From: Gemmatimonadales bacterium
GTDB lineage: Bacteria > Gemmatimonadota > Gemmatimonadetes > Gemmatimonadales > Gemmatimonadaceae
DNA length: 64,000 bases
Direction of reading: 5' to 3'
Assembly (NCBI GenBank): GCA_038325515.1
Contig: JBBQJC010000011.1
Span: forward strand, 6,025 to 70,024
In this document: positions 18,158 to 25,907 of the stretch, piece by piece
Position numbering within the stretch: the stretch's first letter is position 1
Layout: every line of letters starts with the position of its first letter
Made by a program: the position numbers and the translations under genes
The notes under the pieces: generated by a model
Seen by the model: the letters and a program-made list of their open reading frames with translations, nothing else
What the model was told of the DNA's origin: nothing
The model's database searches: none

Positions 18158-21157
18158 CTACGTCTCCCCCCACCCCCGCACCAGATCGGTCAGCTCCCCT
18201 CGGGTCCCCACCCCGAGCTTCCCGAAGATGTTCGACAGGTGGGTGCTCACCGTCCGATCCGAGATTGCCAGCGCCGAGCCGATCTCCTTGTTCGACTTCC
18301 GCGCCGCGACGAGCCGGGCGATCTCGGCCTCGCGCGCACTCAGTCCGCCGGCCGCCGCGTTGCGCACGCGCGGGGTCGGGAGGCGCTCGCCGAGGAGGCG
18401 CAGCTCCTCGCGCGTCTGCCCGATCTCGCGGCGCGCGCCGAGCCTCACGAAGATCGCGTGCGCTTCGCGCAGCTCGTGCGCCGCCCCCGCCGCGTCGCCG
18501 GCGTCGGCGAGGGCGCGCGCGATGAAGCGGCGCAGCCGCGCGGCATCGAACACGAAGGGGACGCTCTCGAGCGCCGCACGCGCGGCCCGCAGCAGCGGGA
18601 CGGCGCGCGCCGGCTCGCCGGTGAGATACGCCAGCAACGCGTCGGTCGTGTCCGCCCAGGCGAGACCGAGGGCGTGGCCGAGCCCCTCGGAGTCGCGCCG
18701 CAGCCGTGCGTTGTGCCGCGCCGCCCGCTCGAAGTCCTCCAGGTACAGCGAGGTCTCGATGATGAACGGCAGCAGCCGGTAGATCGCCCACGCGACGTAG
18801 CCGGCACGGTCGGCGATCGCGAGCCCCGCTTCGCCGACGGCGAGCGCCCGCGCGTGCTCGCTGTTCGCCATCAGCCAGCCGGCCATCCCCGTGTACGCCG
18901 GCACGACCGCATGCACATCGCTCGTCGCCGCTGCTGCGCGCTCGCCGGCGCCGGTGAGCCTCCACGCCTCCTCGATCAGCTCGCGCGCGCGGTCCATGTC
19001 GCCGAGGGCGCGGTGCACGAGCCCCGTCCACACGAGCAGCCGCGGCAGCAGGGTGCGCTGCCCGAGCGCGCGCGCGAGGGGGATCGCGCGGTCCGAGGCC
19101 GCGAGCGCGCCTTGCCAGTCGCCGACGCCGGCGAGGTACTCGATGGTGACGTCGGCGGTCCAGAGGCGCAGCACCGGCGACCGGATCTCCTCGGCGAGCC
19201 GCTCGCTCTCGCGCGCGTGGCGCGCCGTCGACTCCGCGTCGCCGGTGAGGCCGGCGTGCACGGCCATCGCCCAGTGCGCCGACCACTCCACCTCCTTCTC
19301 CCCCGAGGCGGCGGCGTGCAGCGCCGCCTGCTCACCATGCGCGCGCGCCGCGTCCGACGGCCCCGTCCAGGCGTAGAGCAGCAGCAGCCCGCGATGCGCC
19401 CGCGCGAGCAGCGCCCGGTCCCCCAGCGCCGACGCCGCGCGCAGCGCGGCGCCGGCGTCGTCGAGCGCCTCGGCCGAGCGGCCGAGCGCGTGCAGCGAGG
19501 TGGCGCGTGCGAGTCGCAGCCGCGCCTCGAGCGCTGGCTGATCGCCCACCCCGATCGCGGCGAGCCCGGCATCGAAGTGCCCGATGGCCTCGGCGTGCTC
19601 GCCAGCCGACGCCGACATCAGCCCCATCCGCCGCTCCACCGCCGCCACTCTGGCGGCGTCGCCGGCCGCCACCGCGCCATCGCGCGCGCGCCGCCACAGG
19701 TCGCGCGCCGCGTCCAGCTCTCCGAGGCGCTGCCGGACGCGGGCCAGCGCCTCGACGATGCGCCAGCGCTCGTCGTTCGAGAGCGTTCCGGCGGCGGAAG
19801 CATCGAGCGCCGCCTGCAGGTACGACGCCGCGGCGCTGTCGGCGTAGCGCGCGAGCGCCTGCCGCCCCGCAGCGGCGAGATAGCGCACGGCGCCGGCGCT
19901 CGCGTCACCCGAGCTGCCATGGGTGAAGTGGAACGCCAGCTCGTCCGCGTGACTGAGCGCGTCGTCGCCGTACGCGCGCTCAAGCGATTCGGCGACGCCG
20001 TCGTGCATCCCCTGCGCCCTGGCACGGCCGAGCGAGGCGTAGACCGCATCGCGCACCAGCGGGTGCGCGAAGTCGTACGCCGCGTCGTGGCCCGGCACCT
20101 CGACCAGGAAGTTGGCGCGACGGAGCTCGTCCAGGTCGTCGAGCAGCGCGGGCTCCGCGATCGGGCTCACGGCGCGCAGCGTGGCGAGCCGGATGCGCGC
20201 GCCCAGCACGGCGCACAGGTCGAGCAGCTCGCGCGCGCCCGCGCCGAGGCGCGCCACCCGCTCGAGCACGACGTCGCGCACGGAGCGGGAGGGAACGAGC
20301 GACTCGGTGCTCCATCCCTCCCACCGACCGCCGCGGTGCGCGAGCTGGCGGGACTCGACGAGCGACTTCAGCGTCTCGTCGACGAAAAAGGGGTTCCCGC
20401 GAGTCCACGCGTGCAGCGAGAGGGCGAACTCGCGGACCGCCGCCGCCGGCTCGCCGAAGGTGCGCTGCACGAGCTCGATCGTCTGCTCCGCGCTCAGCGG
20501 CGCGAGGCGCACCGTGCGCGCCGCGCCGATCGAGGCGAGCGACTGCTCGACCGAGCGCAGCACCGGAGCGTCGTCGCGCTCCGCGTCGGCGTACGTCGCG
20601 AGAATGAATAGATGTCCATCGATCGCGCCCGCGTGCGCCTGCCGCGCCAGGAAGTGCAGCAGCTCCAACGACGCGTCGTCGGCCCAGTGCACGTTGTCGA
20701 GCACGAGCAGCAGCGGCCGCCGCTCGGCGAGCCGGCCGACGAGCTGCGCGAAGCTCCAGTGCATGCGCGCCTTCCCCTCGGCCGGGCTCTCACCGGCGCG
20801 GCCGGCAGGCGTGAAGAGCGCGGGAAGGATCGGCGCGAGGTCACTCCCCGCGCCCCGCGTGAGGACGGTGAGCGCGCCGGGCTCGAGCCCGCGCAGCAGG
20901 GGGAGCAGCGCGTCGGTGAAGATCGCGTAGGGGACTCCCGTCTCCACGGCGAAGGCGCGTCCCTCCGCGACCGCCAGCCCCTGCTCCCTCGCGAGGTCGG
21001 CGATCTGCCGCGCGAGGCGCGTCTTGCCGGCGCCCCCCTCGCCGGCGAGGAAGACGGTCTGCGCGCGACCCAACACCGCGTCCCGCAACGTCGCGGTGAG
21101 CGAGGCGAGCTCCGCGTCGCGACCGACGAGGGGGACGGGGGGAAGAGTGTGCCGCAT
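18158..21157 (-). CDS. LAL-type transcriptional regulator (N-terminal AAA+/STAND ATPase, TPR-like middle, C-terminal LuxR HTH)
   Basis: 999 aa. Walker A 'LAGEGGAGKTRL'. Walker B-like 'LLLVLDNVHWAD'. C-terminal 'LSAREAEIARLVAARKSNKEIGSALAISDRTVSTHLSNIFGKLGV'. Confidence 0.85.
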   Translation of the reverse strand: MRHTLPPVPLVGRDAELASLTATLRDAVLGRAQTVFLAGEGGAGKTRLARQIADLAREQGLAVAEGRAFAVETGVPYAIFTDALLPLLRGLEPGALTVLTRGAGSDLAPILPALFTPAGRAGESPAEGKARMHWSFAQLVGRLAERRPLLLVLDNVHWADDASLELLHFLARQAHAGAIDGHLFILATYADAERDDAPVLRSVEQSLASIGAARTVRLAPLSAEQTIELVQRTFGEPAAAVREFALSLHAWTRGNPFFVDETLKSLVESRQLAHRGGRWEGWSTESLVPSRSVRDVVLERVARLGAGARELLDLCAVLGARIRLATLRAVSPIAEPALLDDLDELRRANFLVEVPGHDAAYDFAHPLVRDAVYASLGRARAQGMHDGVAESLERAYGDDALSHADELAFHFTHGSSGDASAGAVRYLAAAGRQALARYADSAAASYLQAALDASAAGTLSNDERWRIVEALARVRQRLGELDAARDLWRRARDGAVAAGDAARVAAVERRMGLMSASAGEHAEAIGHFDAGLAAIGVGDQPALEARLRLARATSLHALGRSAEALDDAGAALRAASALGDRALLARAHRGLLLLYAWTGPSDAARAHGEQAALHAAASGEKEVEWSAHWAMAVHAGLTGDAESTARHARESERLAEEIRSPVLRLWTADVTIEYLAGVGDWQGALAASDRAIPLARALGQRTLLPRLLVWTGLVHRALGDMDRARELIEEAWRLTGAGERAAAATSDVHAVVPAYTGMAGWLMANSEHARALAVGEAGLAIADRAGYVAWAIYRLLPFIIETSLYLEDFERAARHNARLRRDSEGLGHALGLAWADTTDALLAYLTGEPARAVPLLRAARAALESVPFVFDAARLRRFIARALADAGDAAGAAHELREAHAIFVRLGARREIGQTREELRLLGERLPTPRVRNAAAGGLSAREAEIARLVAARKSNKEIGSALAISDRTVSTHLSNIFGKLGVGTRGELTDLVRGWGET

Positions 21158-21246
21158 CGGAATTGCCGGAAGCTAGCAGGGCGCAAGCGGGCGACTGGCG
21201 GCACCCGGCGTGTCCTCGGTGCACACCATACCGCGCCAAGGTCCCA

Positions 21247-22227
21247 CTAGAACAGCTGGAGGTCCCGCGCCGAGACGACGGTGCCCTTGTAACGGCTCCG
21301 CACCTCGCGGAGGAGGATGTCGTCCGTGGCGCCGCCGAAATAGAGCTGATGGTAGAGGACGAGCAGGGCCGGGCGCGCCCTCGTCGCGAGGTCGCCGAGC
21401 TCGTACGTGGACGTGTGCGCCGCGGCATGGTAGCTCTGCCGCTGGGCCGGTATCCTCTTGAATCCCTCGGCAGCATACACCTCGTGGACGAGCACGTCGC
21501 ATCCCGCGCACGCCGTCACCACCGCGTCGCTGGCCCGGGTATCGCCCGAGATGACGATCGCACGATCGGCGGTCTCGACGCGGTAGCCGAAAGCGTGCGG
21601 CCAGATGGAGTGCGGCACCTCGAACGCCTTCACGACGACGTTGGCGTCGCGGTAGACGATGCCGGGTGACGCGATGTCGGTGGTGCGCGCGGTCCACGAC
21701 GGCGAGGGCTCGTCGCGGTTGCGCGCGCGCACGTCGCGATCGGGCGCCCATGCGGCGAGGATGTGCCCCATCATGTCGTGCGTGCCCGGCGGCCCGATCA
21801 CCGTGAGGGGACCGCCGCTGCCGAAGGCGGCATCGGGGCCGTGATCGTACAACAGCGCCGGCAGGCCGAGCGTGTGATCGGAGTGCAGGTGCGTGATGAA
21901 CACCGCGGGGATCGTGTCGAAGTGAATCCCCTTCGCGACCCCCTCCAGCATGCGCCGCTCCACGCCCGGCCCGGCATCGAACAGGTACAGCGCGCCGTGC
22001 ACGAGCACGCCGACGCTGTTGCCGGAATGCTCCGCGGTGATGATCGGCGTGCCGGTGCCGTACATCACGACCCGGGTGCGCGCGGAATCCGCGGGGGCTC
22101 CGGCCACGCCCTGAGCGAGACACGTGGAAGCGAGATTCGCCAGCAGGGAGGCGAATCCGGCGACCCGGACGATGCGGCGAGCGCGAGCGCGGTCCATGGC
22201 GGCGGGGGCGGTCATCACGGGGTTCAT
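21247..22227 (-). CDS. MBL-fold metallo-hydrolase (RNase Z/ElaC-like subgroup), secreted
   Basis: 'AVFITHLHSDHTLGLPALL' (HxHxDH) and a later 'VLVHEV'. N-terminal signal-like region. Confidence 0.8.
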   Translation of the reverse strand: MNPVMTAPAAMDRARARRIVRVAGFASLLANLASTCLAQGVAGAPADSARTRVVMYGTGTPIITAEHSGNSVGVLVHGALYLFDAGPGVERRMLEGVAKGIHFDTIPAVFITHLHSDHTLGLPALLYDHGPDAAFGSGGPLTVIGPPGTHDMMGHILAAWAPDRDVRARNRDEPSPSWTARTTDIASPGIVYRDANVVVKAFEVPHSIWPHAFGYRVETADRAIVISGDTRASDAVVTACAGCDVLVHEVYAAEGFKRIPAQRQSYHAAAHTSTYELGDLATRARPALLVLYHQLYFGGATDDILLREVRSRYKGTVVSARDLQLF

Positions 22228-22363
22228 GCCGGCGAGCCGCTAGTATGCGTCGCGGGTCACCGGGTCGCCAGACGAGGCACAGTCGCCGCGAGGAAGGGGC
22301 TTCACTGACGAGGGGGCACGAGGGGGCACGAGCCGGCGAGGCTGCAGACGCCGGAAGGTCGTC

Positions 22364-22700
22364 TCAGCCCTGTACGGCGCCCGAATCCATCCAGAACACC
22401 TCCCGGTGGTAGCCGTCCAGATCGCGGCCCCACCAGCATGCAGGTCACCGTCGCGTCGGTGAACTGGGTGTTGAAGGTGAAGCCGCGCGCCTCGAAAGAG
22501 ACGTTGGAGCGCTGGCGGTCGTCCACCGGGAGGTTCTTCGTCGCGGCGGCTCCAGCGCGCGTTTGCTGGTGACAGGGGCGGGAGATTGTGGGCCCTGGAG
22601 GTGTGTCCGGATCGCGGGCGTAGCTTTCCCTCGGTCGCGAGGAATGTCCGGCCGAGCGCCGCTCGCGCGTCGTAGAGATGAACAGGGCGGCGTCGGGTCG
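22364..22700 (-). pseudogene. Decayed VOC/glyoxalase-family gene (at least two frameshifts)
   Basis: Three successive frames carry VOC-like pieces: 'VHLYDARAALGRTF', 'VSFEARGFTFNTQFTDATVTCMLV' and the terminal 'WGRDLDGYHREVFWMDSGAVQG*' (stop 22364..22366). Confidence 0.35.
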
Positions 22701-22737
22701 TCCTCCCCATATTTCGTCAGAGCAAAGGAGCCGGATC

Positions 22738-23094
22738 GTGAGCGAGTTCATCTATCTCTACCGCACGAACCCCGAGTCGCGCCGCGCCGCGATGGGCACC
22801 CCGGAGCAGGCGCAGAAGAGCATGCAGGCCTGGCTGGCCTGGATGCGCGGCCTCGAGGCGAAGGGGCACATCAAGGACAACGGCCAGCCGCTGGACATGA
22901 CCGGCAAGGTGGTGCGCGGCAAGCAGCGGCAGGTCACCGACGGTCCGTTCGTCGAAGCGAAGGATCTCATCGCCGGATTCACGATCGTGCTGGCGAAGGA
23001 CATCGAGGAGGCGACGGCGCTGGCGTCGGGCTGTCCGATCCTCGACGGCGAGGGCTCGGTCGAGGTACGTCCGATCGCCTCGATGGCGCCGTAG
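22738..23094 (+). CDS. YciI-like / DGPF-domain protein (copy 2)
   Basis: GTG start 8 nt after 'aaggag' (22724..22729). 'VTDGPFVEAKDLIAGFTIVLAKDIEEATALA'. Confidence 0.75.
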   Translation: MSEFIYLYRTNPESRRAAMGTPEQAQKSMQAWLAWMRGLEAKGHIKDNGQPLDMTGKVVRGKQRQVTDGPFVEAKDLIAGFTIVLAKDIEEATALASGCPILDGEGSVEVRPIASMAP

Positions 23095-23107
23095 GCGTCG
23101 CGACAAG

Positions 23108-24370
23108 GTGAGCCTCGACGAGCTTCTCTTCCGTCGCGAGTCGGGGCGCATCGTCGCCGCGCTCACGCGCATCTTCGGCGTGCACAATCTCGCGCTGGCC
23201 GAAGATGTCGTGCAGGACGCCTTCTGCCGGGCGCTCGAGCTGTGGCCGGCGCACGGCGTGCCGGAGAATCCGTCGGCCTGGCTGATGACCGCCGCGCGCA
23301 ATCGGGCGCTCGACGTGCTGCGTCGCGAGCGGACGGCGCGCACCTTGGCCCCCGCGATCGGGCGACTCCTCGACAGCGAGTGGACCCTTGCCCCACTCGT
23401 GGACGAGGCGTTCGGCGCGCACACCATCCGCGACGAGCAGCTCCGGATGATGTTCTCCTGCTGCGAGCCGCGCCTCCCCGAGGAGGTGCAGGTGGCGCTC
23501 GTCCTCAACATCCTCTGCGGCTTCGGCGCCGGCGAGATCGCCAGCGCCTTCCTTGTCGGCCGCGCGGCGATGGAGAAGCGCATCGCCCGCGGCAAGAGGA
23601 CGCTGGCCGCGTCGCAGACGCTGTTCGACCTCGGCGATGCCGAGTTCGCGCCACGTCTCGATGCGGTGCGCGGCGCGCTCTATCTCCTCTTCAATGAAGG
23701 GTACCACGGCGCGTCGGCGCGGTCGCCGGTGCGGGCCGAGCTGTGCGGCGAGGCGCTGCGGCTGGTCATGCTGCTGCTCGAGCTTCCCGCCGCCGCCACG
23801 CCGGAGACGCTCGCGCTCGCCGCGCTGATGCATCTGCATGCCGCGCGACTGCCGGGCCGGCTCGACTCGGCGGGCGAGCTCGCGCCGCTGCTCCGGCAGG
23901 ATCGATCATGTTGGGACGCGCGGTTGATCGCCGACGGGTTGGGGCTGCTCGATCGCTCGGCATCCGGCTCGCGGCTCAGCGCGTACCATCTGGAGGCGGC
24001 GATCGCGGCGGTGCACGCCGCGGCGCCGAGTGTCGAGGAGACCGACTGGCAAGACGTCGTGTCATTGTACGACCGCCTGCTGGCGCTATCGCCCTCGCCG
24101 GTGGTCGCGCTCAACCGGGCGATCGCCGTCGCGCAGCTCGACGGGCCGGAGCGGGGGTTGATCGAGCTGCATGGCATCGACGGGCGCGAGCGTCTGGCGG
24201 CATACCCCTTCTATCCGGCGGCGATCGCGGAGCTGGAGCTGCGGCGCGGCGATCGTGCGGCGGCGCGAGAGGGATTCCGCGTGGCGATCGGACTGGCGAG
24301 GAATGCCGCGGAGCGGCGCTTTCTCGAGCTGCGGCTGCGGAGCTGCGTGCGTGAGGGCTCCGGGGCGTGA
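23108..24370 (+). CDS. ECF42-type sigma-70 family factor with C-terminal TPR-like extension (copy 2)
   Basis: 420 aa. 'AEDVVQDAFCRALELWP...NPSAWLMTAARNRALDVLRRER'. 'FGAGEIASAFLVGRAAMEKRIARGK'. The extension is collinear with copy 1, including 'AYHLEAAIAAVHAAAPSVEETDW'. Confidence 0.8.
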   Translation: MSLDELLFRRESGRIVAALTRIFGVHNLALAEDVVQDAFCRALELWPAHGVPENPSAWLMTAARNRALDVLRRERTARTLAPAIGRLLDSEWTLAPLVDEAFGAHTIRDEQLRMMFSCCEPRLPEEVQVALVLNILCGFGAGEIASAFLVGRAAMEKRIARGKRTLAASQTLFDLGDAEFAPRLDAVRGALYLLFNEGYHGASARSPVRAELCGEALRLVMLLLELPAAATPETLALAALMHLHAARLPGRLDSAGELAPLLRQDRSCWDARLIADGLGLLDRSASGSRLSAYHLEAAIAAVHAAAPSVEETDWQDVVSLYDRLLALSPSPVVALNRAIAVAQLDGPERGLIELHGIDGRERLAAYPFYPAAIAELELRRGDRAAAREGFRVAIGLARNAAERRFLELRLRSCVREGSGA

Positions 24371-24823
24371 TCACGGCAGCGGGTGCACCCCACTCGCGAA
24401 CGTCGTCCCGCTCGCGTCCGGCGGACCGTTGGTCCCGAACTGCGTCGGATAGTCCAGCGCCGGATCGTAGCTGATGTCGTGCAGCGCGCCTGCTGCCGCC
24501 GCGGCGCTCGCGCGCGCGAAGAGTGAATCGACCGTCGGCCACTGCGCGGCCGGCCCTGGCGCCGGCTGCCCCGTGGTGACGTCGGTGGCAGACGTCACCA
24601 CGCCGCCGTCGACGACGAGATGGATGACGTGCCCCGCGTAGGAGATGAAGTAACCGGTGACGCGAAAGTCGTAGGCGTACCGCGCGAGGCCGTGCGACGT
24701 CCAGCGCGCGTGGTGGGACGCAATATCACCGGACTGTGAAGTGAGGACGGCGGCGGAGCAGCCGGCGGCGAGCAGTGCCGCCAGCGACAGGGCCGGCCGG
24801 AAGAAAAGAGGACGGTGGCGCAT
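24371..24823 (-). CDS. Hypothetical lipoprotein
   Basis: 'ALSLAALLAAGCSAAV' lipobox. 150 aa. Confidence 0.6.
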   Translation of the reverse strand: MRHRPLFFRPALSLAALLAAGCSAAVLTSQSGDIASHHARWTSHGLARYAYDFRVTGYFISYAGHVIHLVVDGGVVTSATDVTTGQPAPGPAAQWPTVDSLFARASAAAAAGALHDISYDPALDYPTQFGTNGPPDASGTTFASGVHPLP

Positions 24824-24896
24824 CGAAGCCTCGGACAGAGGGGTGTGTGCCTCGCTCTACCCCTTGGCGCGCCGAATGGTCACCGACGCGACGGCA

Positions 24897-25070
24897 TCAC
24901 GGCTCGCGTCGAGACTCGAGCGCCCCCTCGATCCGCTCGAGTCGGCTCGGGATCTCGGCCAGCGCACGCATCCCGCGGACGAAAGCGATCAACACCCAGA
25001 GGCAGAAGCAGAGCCAGGCGACCCAGAGGACCATCGTGAAGATTGCGCCACCAGCGGGATATCCCGGCAT
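24897..25070 (-). CDS. Small membrane protein (57 aa), absent from the ORF track (below its size cut-off)
   Basis: My own translation: MPGYPAGGAIFTMVLWVAWLCFCLWVLIAFVRGMRALAEIPSRLERIEGALESRREP*. It has one clear TM helix, high third-position GC, an ATG start and a TGA stop. Confidence 0.45.
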   Translation of the reverse strand: MPGYPAGGAIFTMVLWVAWLCFCLWVLIAFVRGMRALAEIPSRLERIEGALESRREP

Positions 25071-25147
25071 GGAACACGACTCCTGTCGTCGTGGGTGAGG
25101 TCGTCCATCGTGATGCCGGGGTCCGACGTCAACTCAACAGCAATCGA

Positions 25148-25183
25148 CCACGGAAGTCACGGAGGTCACGGAGGTCACGGAGG
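25148..25183. repeat. Tandem 9-mer array (CACGGARGT x4)
   Basis: cacggaagt cacggaggt cacggaggt cacggagga. The unit is related to the one in the 17103..17200 hairpin region. Confidence 0.6.
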
Positions 25184-25235
25184 AGAGCGGATCGGAGTCT
25201 GGTCTCCTACTCCTGTTCCCGCTCACGACCCCAAG

Positions 25236-25907
25236 CTACGGCGAGCTACGGCTCCACCGGAAGCTTCTCGCGCTGCGTGCGAGCTGGCAGGCTTTCTTCA
25301 TCGCCTGCGGCTCGTCGTCATCGAGCGAGTAAGTCACCGTAGCGATACGGCCCGGGCGCGAGAAGAAGAAGCTGTCGCTCAGGCAGTCGCCGCAGTCCAC
25401 CTCGAGCCGGATCCCCGACGCATACGGGGTGACGAAAGGTCGCGCCGGTGGCCGGTACTCATTGAACTGGCCCACCTTCGTCGCCGGATCGGCGTTGCTC
25501 GAATCGGTCACCAGCTCGGCACGCAGCAGTCTGGCGACGTACGCCGCGTGACCGCCGCCCGACGTGTCATCGAACACCATGACCGTGAGGCCGCATCCTC
25601 GCCGTCAGTCCACGGTATCGTTCGCGCTCAGCGCCCGTCGTCCCTGCGGATCGCGCGAAGAGTCGACTCTCGCCAGCAAGGGCACGTCGATGGTGAACTC
25701 ACGCGTCACGACAGTCTGCACCTGGAGCGCGGCGCACGAGTCAGGCGATGCGACCGGTGCGGTGACGCTCACTGGCGCAGCGCTCCGTTCCGGAATCGCC
25801 GTTGCATCGAGTCGGGAGCTCGCTCGCTGCCACCTCGGCAGGAGCGCGACGAGCGGCACCAGCAGCGCCGCCCCCGCGAGGATTAGCCCTCGTCGCCCGA
25901 GCGGCAC
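25236..25907 (-). pseudogene. Single 224-codon reading frame (membrane-anchored hypothetical protein) interrupted by one in-frame TGA at 25605..25607
   Basis: ORFs 25605..25907 (GTG start abutting the stop of the PQQ dehydrogenase gene) and 25236..25580 are in the same frame. They are separated only by '...DTVD * RRGCGLTV MVFDD...'. Confidence 0.45.

Noticed and set aside
25540-25610. Selenocysteine insertion (SECIS) element after the in-frame TGA at 25605..25607.
   Set aside because: I found only weak 4-6-bp stems, and none with the spacing and apical loop of a bacterial SECIS. No sel genes are in the window. It is retained only as a low-probability alternative.
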